Assembly (NCBI GenBank): GCA_964016885.1
Contig: OZ024752.1
Location: forward strand, 19,778,001 to 19,842,000
Length of the DNA: 64,000 nucleotides
Direction: 5' to 3'
Origin: Eledone cirrhosa
Lineage: Eukaryota
The notes under the pieces were generated by a model. That model was given only the letters and a program-made list of their open reading frames with translations. It was not told the DNA's origin and did no database searches. A program made the translations under genes and the position numbers. Shown in pieces: positions 38,186-51,767 of this stretch (the stretch's first letter is position 1; each line of letters starts with the position of its first letter).

Positions 38186-38583
38186 TGTAAGTTAGTTGAA
38201 GGTGGAGGATACTCGCTTTAAGGGTCGCTAGAAGTTTTATGCCGTCTCTGAGACACGAATGGCTATTCTAAAAAGCATATTAGTCTCCTGATTTTTTCAT
38301 AGCAAAAATATATTTTTTCATAGCAAGAGTTTGTTCTTTTCGTTCTACATAATGACGTCATTATAAACATTTTGGTGTCGGAGATAGTTATACATCTCTG
38401 GTATATAAGTATATATCTAGAGACATAAATTACAACTTACCTTATCCAACAAATAGAAAAAGTTCAGAAATGCAAAGAATAAAATAGGATTAGGTAGAAT
38501 GATAAGGTAGGATGCAGGGCTTCAAAATAGGCCTAAGTTCATCACGTGTGTCTATATATATATGACTATCCAAAATGAACTTA

Positions 38584-38831
38584 AAACGATAAGTTCTTGT
38601 TTTGGGATATGTCAATATTTATAAAACAATTTTTGTATTTTATCTGATGAGTGCGTACCAAAATTTTGGTACCCTTGAAATATATATAATAAAATAAATA
38701 TCTTTATAAAACCATATTTATTTTATTATATATATTTCAAGGGTACCAAAATTTTGGTACGCACTCATCAGATAAAATACAAAAATTGTTTTATAAATAT
38801 TGACATATCCCAAAACAAGAACTTATCGTTT
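38584..38831. repeat. Perfect ~118-bp inverted repeat with an HHR in each arm (38636-38696 +, 38719-38779 -)
   Basis: tattttat-CTGATGA-gtgcgtaccaaaattttggtaccctt-GAAA-tatata-TA-ataaaata and its exact reverse complement. Confidence 0.85.
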
Positions 38832-38990
38832 ACCGATGGACTGGCGTCCTGTCCAGGAGGGAGTCTTGTACTCTCAGTCGCTTCACGCCATGAAACCGAG
38901 ATAAGCACCGGCCAAATGAGCCTTCTGGCTTAAGACGGACTTTAGACTTACGGCCTGCCGCCCAGCCAGTGGGATGGCGTCATCGTATGG

Positions 38991-39719
38991 CTAAAACAGC
39001 ACGTGCTGTGAACAGCGGCGCCCGACAGACTGGTCGGTCAAAGTGATATATAAATATATATATATCTTCTGATGAGATACAAACCTATTTAAACATATAC
39101 TAGTGTAAAGTATTAATCTAAATATTATTCCCCATCATTGTATTATAATAATATTATTATTATTATGAATTACATAGGGCGGTGGATTGGCAGTATCGAT
39201 AGAGGGTTGGACGCCATGCTTTGCAGCATTGAGTTACGGCCCTTTATGATCTCAGTTCAAATTCCACCGAGGTTAACTTTGTCGTTCATCCATACGGGGT
39301 CGATGAAATAAAGTACGAGTATTGCACTGGGGTTGATTTAATCGACTTTCGCCCCCCCCTAAAACAGCACGTGCTGTGAACAGCGGCGCCCGACAGACTG
39401 GTCGGTCAAAGTGATATATAAATATATATATATCTTCTGATGAGATACAAACCTATTTAAACATATACTAGTGTAAAGTATTAATCTAAATATTATTCCC
39501 CATCATTGTATTATAATAATATTATTATTATTATGAATTACATAGGGCGGTGGATTGGCAGTATCGATAGAGGGTTGGACGCCATGCTTTGCAGCATTGA
39601 GTTACGGCCCTTTATGATCTCAGTTCAAATTCCACCGAGGTTAACTTTGTCGTTCATCCATACGGGGTCGATGAAATAAAGTACGAGTATTGCACTGGGG
39701 TTGATTTAATCGACTTTCG

Positions 39720-39753
<34 letters not shown>

Positions 39754-39785
39754 AGCTGGCCTTGTGCCTATATAAGAAACCATTA
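38991..39785 (+). repeat. ~368-bp direct tandem duplication containing SINE family A
   Basis: 38991-39358 is repeated at 39359-39727; the breakpoint lies in the poly-C run of the SINE. Confidence 0.9.
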
Positions 39786-40878
39786 TTATGAATTACATTT
39801 TGCCTAGTTATCTGTTTAATAAAAAAAATTGTGTCGAAACTATTGTAAAGATTAAATATTTGAAGAAGTTCTGTCTGCATGATATATAACGGGCTTCTGC
39901 AGGTTCCGGCTATCAAATTCCAGTCAGAAGTCTTTAGTCAACCCGAAGCTATAGTAGAAGAGCCATGCTGCGAGACCAAGTAGTTGTGGAGGGAACTGCT
40001 TGGCCATACAACCATGGCCGCACCTATAGATATGGAATAGGAAGGAATCGATTGATCCCAGACCTCATTCGTTTCTCGAGTGAGGTGGAACTCGTTCAAT
40101 TGGACCATGGAATCAATGTTTCCTTCAGTCTTTCCATTGCTGATACTGTCTTCCAGTCGCAACTCCTGGCAGAAAGAGCAACATGAAATACAGTGTGTTT
40201 TTCAAGGACATAACGCATCACCTGGTCCAGGAATCGAACTCACAACCTCATGATTTCTAATCCAAGTCTCTAACCACTGAACCACGCACCTTATGGAATA
40301 CATTAAGAAATGTTGTTATGAATTCAACATGCAAACAAAAGTTCAGGTAAAAGGTTTCTGAACAAGTCTTAATAAAAATTGGTGGATTCTCTATCACTTT
40401 CCATCAATTAAACGTCCAATTAACGTGTAAGTAATTAATTATTCCACAGACACGTGTACCCTTACCATAATTACCAAGCAGGATCACTGTAACACTATAT
40501 GAGACAAGGTTGGACTTCTGAATTTCACGTACAATTCACCTGACAGACTTCTATACAGTCAATTTCATAGGTAGATAATTATAATTATAATCGGAAAGAA
40601 TGAAACGAAATTTCATTTCTCACTCTTAGTACGGCTGTTACTTAAATATAAGTATGTATACGTACATACATATATGTATACAGACGTACAGTAGTATGTA
40701 TATATATATATACATACATGCATATATATATATGTACGTATGGATTCACCGGACATTTATTATAATGCTCGGTGTGTTTCCTCCTGTTGCATTGTATGCC
40801 TACGCCATCTTTTATAATTATAATTATAATTATAAAAGATGGCGTAGGCATACAGTGCAACGGGGGGAAACATAATAG

Positions 40879-40922
40879 CACCACTGACGATGTTGCAGAT
40901 GTGCAAGGAAAGAACTTTGATA
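40879..40922 (+). ncRNA. Degenerate hammerhead (family of 7012/55865)
   Basis: cca-CTGACGA-tg-ttgca-gatg-tgcaa-g-GAAA-gaac-TT-tga, preceded by a hairpin at 40775-40872. Confidence 0.55.
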
Positions 40923-41145
40923 GACTATATATGTGTTTGTGTCTATATTGTATCTGTATTTTTGACCGTTGGTCAGTCAATGGTAACATTGAGGGCCGAA
41001 TAAATTAAATTAACCGATATAAAAGACACAGAAGCGAAAACCAACCAAACAGTGAGTGTGTTCTGTTATTAATTCTGGCAATATTATTACACAAATATGA
41101 CCCTACACAAATATAACAATATAATTTTATCTATCTAGCTAGCTA

Positions 41146-41611
41146 TCTATAAAAATTCTGTGATTGGTTGCTTGCTTGTCTGTACAAAAGGGCGGATAAT
41201 GGGGAAATACTTTAAAAGAAGTTGCCCTTGAAATGTGAATACAAATAAAACAAGTTTCGCGTAAATCAGAGCACGGGTTCCCGAGGTACAGGGTTTGCTG
41301 GGTACCTTCATAAATAGAGAGAGAGAAGGATAGAGAGAAAGAGATAGTGGTTGTGAGAGAGTAGATTGAAAGAGATATAGAGAGAGGGAGAGGAGACAGA
41401 GAAGGAGAATGGAAGAGAGAGGGAGTTGGTGGTAATGAAGTATATATATATATGTGTGTGTGTGTATATATATGTATGTGTGTGTGTGTGTGTCTATGAT
41501 CAGTGTATATAGATCACAGACATCCATATAAATATATATACACACACACATACATATATATATATATACACACACATACACACATATATATACACACACA
41601 TACACACACAA

Positions 41612-41642
<31 letters not shown>

Positions 41643-41773
41643 CACATATATATATACACACACATACATATATATATATACACACACATACATATATATA
41701 TATATATACACACACATATACATATATATATATACACACACACACATATATACACACACACACACACATATAT

Positions 41774-41842
<69 letters not shown>

Positions 41843-42250
41843 CACACACATATACATATATATATATATATATACACGCACATTTATATATATACATATA
41901 CACAGGTATATATATGGGCCCCACAGTTTCATTTCACATTATATACATTGGTGGTGGATTGGCAGTATCGGTAGAGGGTCGGACGCCATTCTTTGAAGCA
42001 TAGAGTTACCTCCTTTTATGATCTGAGTTCAAATCCCGCCGAGGTTAACTTTGCCTTTCATCCTTACGGGGTCGATAAAATAAAGTACCAGTAATGTACT
42101 GGGATGATTGCTGGCCTTGTGCCAAAAGTAGAAACAATTATATACATGCCTGTGTATATTTTAATTATTTAAAAATTATTTTTAAGTGAACATGATTTTT
42201 AAAAAATATTTTGAAGTGAACATGATTCGACGAGTCACGGGTGGTCTAGT
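41146..42250 (+). mobile_element. Non-autonomous Helitron-like element with nested SINE A (41950-42140)
   Basis: 5' TCTAT...gcttgcttgtctgt start, shared with 63683-63940, and 3' ...cacgggtggtCTAG|T end. Confidence 0.6.
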
Positions 42251-42434
42251 ATATATATAAAATTCTAATTATATATATATAATTGATATATAGAGTGGGA
42301 AATGAAATTTCGTTTCCCACTATCGTTTTCGGTGCACCCGGCCGATTAACCCACTCGATATGCAAATTGGGCTACTCAGCCGTTAATATGCATAAGGTAA
42401 GTATATACGTTCAACAATCTGGCAGGAAGGTATA

Positions 42435-42475
42435 CGTTGCTGACGATAGCTAATAAGCTTGAAACTAGTACAGCG
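42435..42475 (+). ncRNA. Minimal type I hammerhead ribozyme
   Basis: cgttg-CTGACGA-tagct-aata-agctt-GAAA-ctag-TA-cagcg; palindromic stem III ACTAGT. Confidence 0.85.
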
Positions 42476-42676
42476 TTCCTTTGTCAGTGTTGAACAAACG
42501 AGCAACGATGGTTGCTGGACACTACGGCTTAATACGGGATGTTTGTTTACAAACACACCGAGCATTATAATAAATGTTCGGTGAATCCATACGTACATAT
42601 ATGTGTGTGCATGTATGTATATATATATACATACTACTGTACGTCTGTATACATATATGTATGTACGTGTACATAC

Positions 42677-42735
<59 letters not shown>

Positions 42736-42836
42736 CATATAGAGAGAAGTACATATGTGTTCAATCATAAGTGATCAAAAACCTCTGTACCATACGTGTT
42801 TTCTTAGTTATCTAATATATTTTTTATAGAAGTAGG

Positions 42837-42915
42837 CACCCACTGATGAGCTACATCTACAATATGGATTCTTCACTTATAGCGAAACATACTCTTATTT
42901 GGGCATGTCCGGGTG
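42837..42915 (+). ncRNA. Type I hammerhead ribozyme (related to 23229)
   Basis: caccca-CTGATGA-gcta...tagc-GAAA-cat-actcttatttgggc-atg-TC-cgggtg. An inverted copy of the element's 3' tail lies upstream (42742-42790). Confidence 0.82.
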
Positions 42916-43150
42916 ATATTGTTATAATCGAATGGTTAGTATACTTTAATATATTATTTTAATCGACTTGTATTCACCATTCCTTCCGTAGGTAATATGT
43001 TTGTCACTCTGGTGGTTTTTGATCCCCTATGATTGAACACATATCTCTATGTGTACTTCTCTCTATATATTGATTTATAAAGAGCCCAGAAAATATATTC
43101 CTTGAGGTCCCTAAATTATAGGGGATTAATGTGAGTTTTTAACTCCGTTA

Positions 43151-43185
<35 letters not shown>

Positions 43186-43245
43186 TTAAATACAATATGT
43201 GGTACCCCAGCATGGCCTCAGCTCAGCCCCTCACTGGAACACGAT

Positions 43246-43297
<52 letters not shown>

Positions 43298-43913
43298 CTA
43301 CAAACGATAAGGCCGACATTGTATCTATATTTCATGGTAAAAACCAAATCAATTATCTATTTAGTGTGAATCGACGACTTGTTTTTTTTTTTTGTTTATT
43401 TCTCTGCTTTTCCTCTTTCTTTCTTTCCTTTTTTATTCATTTTTTACAAGGTTGAGACAAGAACAAGTAAAATATAGAACTAAATTATGATCCATTATCG
43501 ATTTTAACCCACCAACTTTAGCTACATGACTGATACGTATCGATTGATTTGAGTCGAGTTATTAGATTCAATCACCCCCTCACCCTCACTCACATATGCA
43601 TACACACACACACATATATATATGTGTGTGTGTGTAAATATAGATATATATAAATGCATGCACACACTCGCATATACTTATGTGTGTTTATACATACATA
43701 CATACACGTGCGTGCATGTGTGCGTCTCTGTGTGATGTAGTTATTTGAATTCTTCCTATAAGAAAGAAGTTGATTTCTAACAAAGTAACAAAGCCACGGA
43801 ACTGAAACTTCCATAACAACATGTGTTACATGTTGAACTTTGGAAAAGTCTAGCATATTTTTATTGTTCCACTTACAGATTGTACCTCCAAAATGTCTGT
43901 TAATTAGTCACTT

Positions 43914-44022
43914 TCTTTGCGGCCATATTGCTCTGAAAACACCGGTCTCCAAAGTTAAGCAACGTCCAGCCTAGTTAGTACTTAGATGGGTGGCCACTTG
44001 GGAACCCTAGGAACTGTAAGCA
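43914..44022 (+). pseudogene. 5S rRNA-derived sequence (pseudogene or SINE3 head)
   Basis: cggccatattgctctgaaaacaccggtctcc..aagttaagcaacgtccagcctagttagtacttagatgggtggccacttgggaac matches eukaryotic 5S with A/C boxes and an internal deletion. Confidence 0.85.
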
Positions 44023-44234
44023 TCATTAAGATTTCTGCCAGGTGTTGTGACCGACAGATATTACCAGCAATTGAAAGACCAATGAAAACAGTTTCCTTGG
44101 TCTGATTTAATGATTAGCACCTTTTTTTTTATTTCTTTGCCTGAAAATCCTATTGCTATTTTAGATTATCACTCAGACATTCACAAACATAACCAACTGC
44201 AACAATAATTATCAGTGAGTGTCAATTTATAATT

Positions 44235-44545
44235 ATGAGCAAAATAAACAAATACCGGGGTTTGTCCGACCGCTTCCTTTTCGTACCGGCCGCCATCTAC
44301 ACCTTTAGAGTCCTTGATGCCCACACTGCCGATTTCCTCCCTCAAATCGGAAAGACAGCAGACACTGCCGATATCCACCCCCAAATCGGAAAGACAGCAG
44401 CCCGCTTGAGGGAGGAGTCCCATGAGGCTAGGTGGCTGTCGCAGCGCTTCTCCCTGGCCATTCTCCGTGGCTCTCGCCTTCTGTTTACTGGGCATGACCA
44501 AATCACCCGTGTAGAGTCTGTCCCTTTCTCCTTCCTTCCTATTTA
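44235..44545 (+). mobile_element. CRE-like non-LTR retrotransposon 3' fragment
   Basis: KYRGLSDRFLFVPAAIYTFRVLDAHTADFL..QIGKTAARLREESHEARWLSQRFSLAILRG. Confidence 0.85.
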
Positions 44546-45059
44546 ATTTTCTTTTCTTTTCCCTTCCCTTTTTTTTATTGTTGTTTCATTTAAATTTTTT
44601 TTTTTTTTTGTCTAACTTTACAATGTTATCTTGTGACAGTCTGTCTGTAAGCTGGCGACAGAAAATGTCGGTTTCGCAACCAACGGTCCATAAATATATT
44701 CTCGTTGGTTTTGAAATGTTTACATCTGTAAAGCAGTTGACCTCTATCACTGTACCTCACCTTTATCTCTCTATTTCTTTTATTTTCTCTCCCAAACAAC
44801 CATATCAGGCTTGTTATTTTTGTGGGAATGTCCCACCAATATTTCATGTGTTGGTTTGTATGTATGTATGTATGTATATGCATGTGTGTATGTATGTATG
44901 TATGTATGTATGTATATGCATGTGTGTATGTATGTATGTATGTATGTATGTATGTGTGTATGTATGTATGTGTGTATGTATGTATGTGTGTATGTATGTA
45001 TGTGTGTATGTAAGTATGTGTGTATGTATGAATTTATGTGTATGTACGTATGTATGTAT

Positions 45060-45662
45060 GTCACCAGTTGGTGCTACTGATAACATGTATCCCAGTACAA
45101 CCTGACTCATGGTCGGGTCGTTGGCGACTAAACTGGCAACCCCACCGAGGTTTCTTGGTGAGGAGGGTGAAGTTGGACATCCTGCAGGACTAAAAACAAA
45201 ACCTGTCAAAGGACAAAGGAGCTCTTAAGAGTCAATGGCCATCCAAAATCACCGGGAGAGATGACCCCTTAGTCTTTGTCAAGGCAGAATTCTAGGAGAA
45301 GGAAAACTCTGATATAACACCTGCAACCCTGATGGTATCCAATGATGTTGACTTGTTCTTCTTTTTGGTAAATATCATCTTGGTTAAGAGAGTGGGACTG
45401 GCTTTGTGCAGTGCCTTTGCTCACTATAAAAGCTTCACGGCACAGGCATTGCTTTATATCTGGAGATCTCTCTGCACTTGTCGTCACAGGGTACCATGGG
45501 CCTAGCACTGTGTCAATAATTGTCACAAGTGTAGTGTTTGTACCAGAGTTTTCAAGTCGCTGGCTGGACTAAAAAGTCACACTCGTTCAGCGCATTGGTA
45601 GGGGTTCTTCTACATGGATATAAAGTAGTGGCCGTACTCGAAAACGAGGTGGCAGCCACCAT
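45060..45662 (+). mobile_element. Non-autonomous RTE-derived retroelement in (TATG)n
   Basis: Near-identical to the 14150 copy. Confidence 0.82.
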
Positions 45663-46162
45663 GTGTGTATGTATGTATGTATGTGTGTATGTATGTGTAC
45701 GTATGTATGATTTTGTGTATGTACGTATGTATGTGTGTATGCATGTATGAATTTATGTGTATGTACGTATGTATGCATTTGTGTATGTATGAATTTGTGT
45801 ATGTATGTGTGTATGTATGTATGCATGTATGAATTTATGTGTATGTACGTATGTATTTATGTATGTATGTGTGTATGTACGTATGTATGTGTGTATGTAT
45901 GTATGTGTGTATGCATGTATGAATTTATGTGTATGTGTGTATGTATGTGTGTATGTATGTATAAATTTGTATGTATGTGTGAATGTATGTATGTGTGTAT
46001 GTATGTGTATATGCATGTATGAATTTTATGTGTATGTACGTATGTATGTATGTGTGTATGTATGTATGAATTTATGTGTATGTACGTATGTATTTATGTA
46101 TGTATGGATGTTTGTACGTATGTATTCAATATGTGTGTGTATGTGTGAATATATATAGTTAT

Positions 46163-46238
<76 letters not shown>

Positions 46239-49200
46239 GTATCCGAGAGCAATCTTTCCTAGGGATGGCATTGTATACCATTTTATCAACACCATCACGC
46301 GATGGGAGATAGTACCTCAGGACATTTGGTGGCAGGTGTTGAACACATGTGTAACAGTTTCCGTATAAAAGTATGTAAAGGAGAAAAGGAGAGAAAATAT
46401 GTGAAGCGTTACTGTTAGAGTTTTTTGTGGGGGTTATCGTTTTACGTTCATATCTGCCCAGGTCGGACGTAACCTAGAGCTTAGTCGAGTTTCATGGGCG
46501 TTAAACGAGTGTAGAAGACTATCTACTTTGGACAAGATGCCAGTCAGTCACATGGCTAAATCTGCAGATACAACTGGTATTGCTTTCCAGCTGAGTTAAC
46601 TAGAACAACGTGAAATCAACTTGAAATGAACCATGTTTGTAACTCAAAAACATAACACGTCACCCTGGTCTGGGAATCACCCCTTCAGAATTGTGAACCC
46701 AATACCCTGAAATTAAATGTGTTTATAACTACCCTAGGCTGGGAATCGAAGCCACTATCTCAGGATTGTGAACATAATGCCCTATCCACTAAGGCACACA
46801 CGCCTCTACAAAAACATGAAAACACAAAGCTAAAGAAGTTGGGACGTGATTTGTGTAAATGACACATGATCACGCGACATCAGAAAGGTGAAATATCGAG
46901 AAATGGATAAGTGTTCAAAAACATCTCTACAAGAATAACCATAATCTCCTGAGAATGGTTACATAGCTTTTCCATCTATTTTCTATAATAATATTTTGTT
47001 AAAAAAATACATTCAATTGTATTTTGTTTTTATCTTTATTTTAATCTTTATTTGTATTTTAATCTTACTTTCTGGAGATTTTTGTGGTTTTTCTGTTGTT
47101 TTTAAAAATATTTTTAGTGTATCTTCTGGTATATGGATAGATTAAAACATGGTTCCTTGTGTGCGGTGTGTGGGTGTGGGGTGGGGGTGAGGGATGTGGG
47201 GGAGTGGGGGGGGGCGTATGAGGAGTGTGGGATGTAGGATGTGGGGGAGTGGGGGTGTGAGGAGTGTGGGATATGGGGGAGTGGGAGTGTGAGGAGTGTG
47301 GGATGCGGGGAGTGGGGGAATGTGGGGGAGTGGGGAGGGAGTGGGGTGTGTGAGGAGTGTGAAATGTGGGGAAATGTGGAGGGAGGAGTTTGGGATGTGG
47401 GGGGGGGGGCTTGATATGTGTGTTGTGTATTCGTGTGTCTGCGTTTGTGAGTGTGCGGTGTCGGCATGTGGAATGTGTCATTGTGCGCGTTGTGGTGTGT
47501 GTGTACGTGTGTATGTACATGTGGTGTGTGTTGTGAGTAGTTTATGTATGTTTGCGTTTGTGTGTATGTACATGTATGTGTGTGACAGTGTGTGTATGTG
47601 TATGTATCAGTGTGTGTGTACCTGTATGTGTGTGACAGTGTGTATGTGTATGTGTCAGTGTGTGTGTACCTGTATGTGTGTATGTGCGTGTATGTGTGTG
47701 ACAGTGTGTATGTATATGTGTCAGTGTGTGTATGTAAGTACGTGACCACACGATTGCCAAGCGCAAGCGAACATTCGGCCTTACTGCGTTCATTTGTTTG
47801 TTTGTCACGTGACAAAAGTCTCAATACAATTCTGGAAATAAAAGCCACATCATAGAATAGCTGAAAATATAATGAGAAAATATCTCGTAAGAGGCTTCTT
47901 TCGATCTCTGTCCCATCTATTTATTTATCTGTTGGTTTAAATATTGTGTTTGCGGTCTTTATCTGATACGTAAGTGGCTATTGACTTTGGCTGTCAATTG
48001 CGGGTATGAAGAGGGGACATGGAAAATAAAAGGCAAAAAAAGGAAAGGAAAGGAGCAGATCAACAGTTCGGACCAAGGAAACTGTGTATCAATTGATCTT
48101 TCCATAGCTGATATTATCTGTTAGACACAACTAGTGGCAGAAGAAAGGAGCTGATAGTCAGATCGAACCAAGGAAACTGTGTTTTCGTTGGTTTTTCCAT
48201 TGCTGATACTATCTGTCGGTCATAACTCTTGGGAGGAGGTTGGGACATTTAAACCCAGAACACACAAGAGTCGGAACAGATTCTGCAAAATACGTCGTCC
48301 GATTCTTTAACAATTCCCCCAATTTCACCGTCTCTGAACTTTATTTACCGACACCTAAAGGATGAAAGGCAAAATTGACCTCGGCGAGATTACATCCAGA
48401 GCGCAGAGAGCTGGGCCAAATACCGACTTATATAAACCAACTCTCTAAATATTCAGCCAATTCGTTTTATTAGAATAAAAGTGAAGTAAAATTGTGCCTC
48501 AATCGCGAAATGAAACAAACATGAATTAAATGAAATCAATGGTCATCATTATTGCTACTTCCACCAGCCCCTGGGTAACAAAGATTGACCTGAATTCCTC
48601 CTCGCACAAACGCCGCAGTAAATCCCTGATGCCCATAGCCCACGGAACACAATGTATAGACTCAACTACCGCATTTAATCACATATGGACTTACTGAATT
48701 TCACTCATACAAATCCGACATGCCAACCTTTTTCTCCCTCCTCGTCTTCTAACTCTTCGTAAAGGGACATTTTACCCGAAATATCAGGGTCATTAAATAT
48801 CTTTATTGTAACAATAATTCAATATCTTTGTTCTTATTCATATTTATTTTTAATGGTTCAAATACATTGCTATCAGTGTTTCCACACACACGTACATGCA
48901 TATATATATATATATCTATACACACACGTACATGCATATATATATATATATCTATACACACACGTACATGTATATATATATATATATACACACACGTACA
49001 TGTATATATATATCTATACACACACGTACATCTACATATGTCTATACACACACGTACATGTATATATATATATCTATACATATACACACACGTACATGTA
49101 TAAATATCTATACACACACACACACATATATACACACACACATATATATACACACACATACATATATATCTACACAGACATATATATATTTACTCACACA

Positions 49201-49794
49201 TATATATTTATGTGTGTATTAATCTGTTTGGCTATTAGCTGTATTGTTTAGATAATTTGTGAGTTATGTGACCTATGATCTATCTATCTATATATCTATA
49301 TGTGTATCTATTTAATAGCAATAATAACGGTATAAGGTTAAGTAAGTTATCCAAAATTGTCCTTTGGATCAGTTTACAGCCATAAACAGGTGGTACTCAG
49401 TAACTCACCACCACCAATACTCTCCTCCTTTCCACCATCACTCCCGCCATATTATATACATCGTATAATTTTCGTTACTCAATCTTACTTAACTGGTGTT
49501 GAATTAGTCACTGGTATTGTAAAACGGCTGGTGAAGCAGGCGAGTGGTTGTTGAAGGTGGAGTTATGTTTTAGTTTCATATTGCAGCCCCTGTCAGATGT
49601 CTACTTCTGTTAATGTCAACTACCTCTGACCTTTCCCTGTGCACACAGTCAGCAAATAAGGAACCTTCACTAAAAGTTTCCTTAATGTTTCTGTAATTTG
49701 AAGTAAACAAAACTTCGGTTGATATAACGAAGAATGCGATACTCCTAGCAGAAGGATTGTGTGCGGTCGAGAGGGATAATTTTAAGTAAGCGTG

Positions 49795-49825
<31 letters not shown>

Positions 49826-50230
49826 TATATATATATATATTTCTCCCCTTTTCTCTCGCTTTCCTTCTCTTTCAACAGGAAATCTCGTAACAGTATACGT
49901 CTAATGACATGATATGTCGTCACCAAAAGTACGTATTTATATAACAGTTGCAGAATGGCTACACTTTACTTGAGTTTCGTAACGATGGTAACAGTGGCCG
50001 ATATAATACAGGCAGCCCTATCTGACAGAAGGTTGTCTTGAAGTGGTCACCTTTATAAAACTAAAGGACTGGGAGCTGACTAATACCGCAGCCTTATCTG
50101 TCTGACAGAAGGTTGTCTTGACCCCAGAAAAGTTGATGAGCTTTAAACTCATCATACTGAAGCCCAGTATTGAAATAGATCAAGTAAAATAGCCAGTTCA
50201 ATATTCCTATCCTGGTTTAACTCCAGTACT

Positions 50231-50717
50231 AAGTCTCCCTTCAGTGCTGTTTCTGTGTTACAAACCTTCCTTCAGAGCGGTTTACTGTGCTACAAGTCTC
50301 CCTTCAGTGCTGTTTACTGTGCTACAAGTCTCCCTTCAGTGCTGTTTACTGTGCTACAAGTCTTCCTTCAGTGCTGTTTACTGTGCTACAAGTCTCCCTT
50401 CAGAGCGGTTTACTGTGCTACAAGTCTTCCTTCAGAGCGGTTTACTGTGCTACAAGTCTCCCTTCAGAGCGGTTTACTGTGCTACAAGTCTCCCTTCAGT
50501 GCTGTTTACTGTGCTACAAGTCTCCCTTCAGTGCTGTTTACTGTGCTACAAACCTTCCTTCAGAGCGGTTTACTGTGCTACAAGTCTCCCTTCAGTGCTG
50601 TTTACTGTGCTACAAGTCTCCCTTCAGAGCGGTTTACTGTGCTACAAGTCTCCCTTCAGAGCGGTTTACTGTGCTACAAGTCTCCCTTCAGAGCTGTTTA
50701 CTGTGCTACAAGTCTTC
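50231..50717. repeat. 32-bp minisatellite (aagtctcccttcagtgctgtttactgtgctac), ~15 copies
   Basis: Direct periodicity. Confidence 0.96.
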
Positions 50718-50976
50718 CGATGAGATTTTGATGACTCACGAAGCTTCGTGTAAATTTCTTTAAATGAATGTATTTCTGTATGTACGGTGAATCCCGGAGA
50801 TTGCCGACTTTCCATAATAAGTTAAGAGACTTAAAACGAAATAACAGTCAAACATTTGTCTGTGGAGGCACCAGCAAGAATCTTCACTGATTCATTAAGA
50901 AACTTCTAACTTAGTCAATACCTTAGATTCCAGTAGCGACTCTGAAACTTTCAAGCAGTCTTCCCATTGCAATATA

Positions 50977-51188
50977 ATGCTTTCTGATTTAGGCACAAGA
51001 CCAGCAATTTTAGGGGAGGGGAAAGTCGATTAAATCGATCCCAGTGTATTACTGGTACTTTATTTTATCGACCCCGTAAGGATGAAAGACAAAGTTAACT
51101 TCGCCGGCATTTGAATTCAGAATATAAAGGGACGTAACTATATGCCAGAAAGGGTGATGTCCGACGCTCTACTGATTCTGCCAATCCA
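50977..51188 (-). mobile_element. SINE family A
   Basis: Family consensus. Confidence 0.88.
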
Positions 51189-51767
51189 ATGCAATATATA
51201 CAATAACCAATGGTAATACAAAATACTACAAATGTGGAACCACTGCTTATCTATATTTCTATCTTGATTGTTATCATTACAGCTGAAATTCTTCGTGCGA
51301 ACTCTCGTAGAAATGTTTCTCTCTTCTCTGATCTAATCTCCTCTCATTTCTGATATAATCTCCTCTCCTCTCCTCTCTGATCTCCTCTCCTCTCTGATCT
51401 AATCTCCTCTCTGATCTGATATAATCTCCTCTCCTCTCTGATATAATCTCCCCTCCTCCTTTCTCCTCTTGTTTTTCTTTCAACCATCGTTTTGCCATTT
51501 CGTTTGAAACTTTTTACTTATATTTTCTTTTCTCCCATGTTCGTATTAAATCTATTCCGTGTTAAATCTAATTCCCACATTCCCACATACCCACATTCCC
51601 ACATACCAGTAAACCACAATACAGTTACATTACATTAGTGCAGCTTTCTTACTACGGAAATTTGATATCTGCCTTTCTTCAGCTGCTTTCATTGGTTTGG
51701 GATAAAAAGTTGAATCGACATAAACATGGTTATCACCACTTCTGATGTGGCTAACTACAAATAATAG

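Noticed and set aside
43914-44022. Functional 5S rRNA gene
   Set aside because: It has an internal deletion, many substitutions and no T-run terminator.
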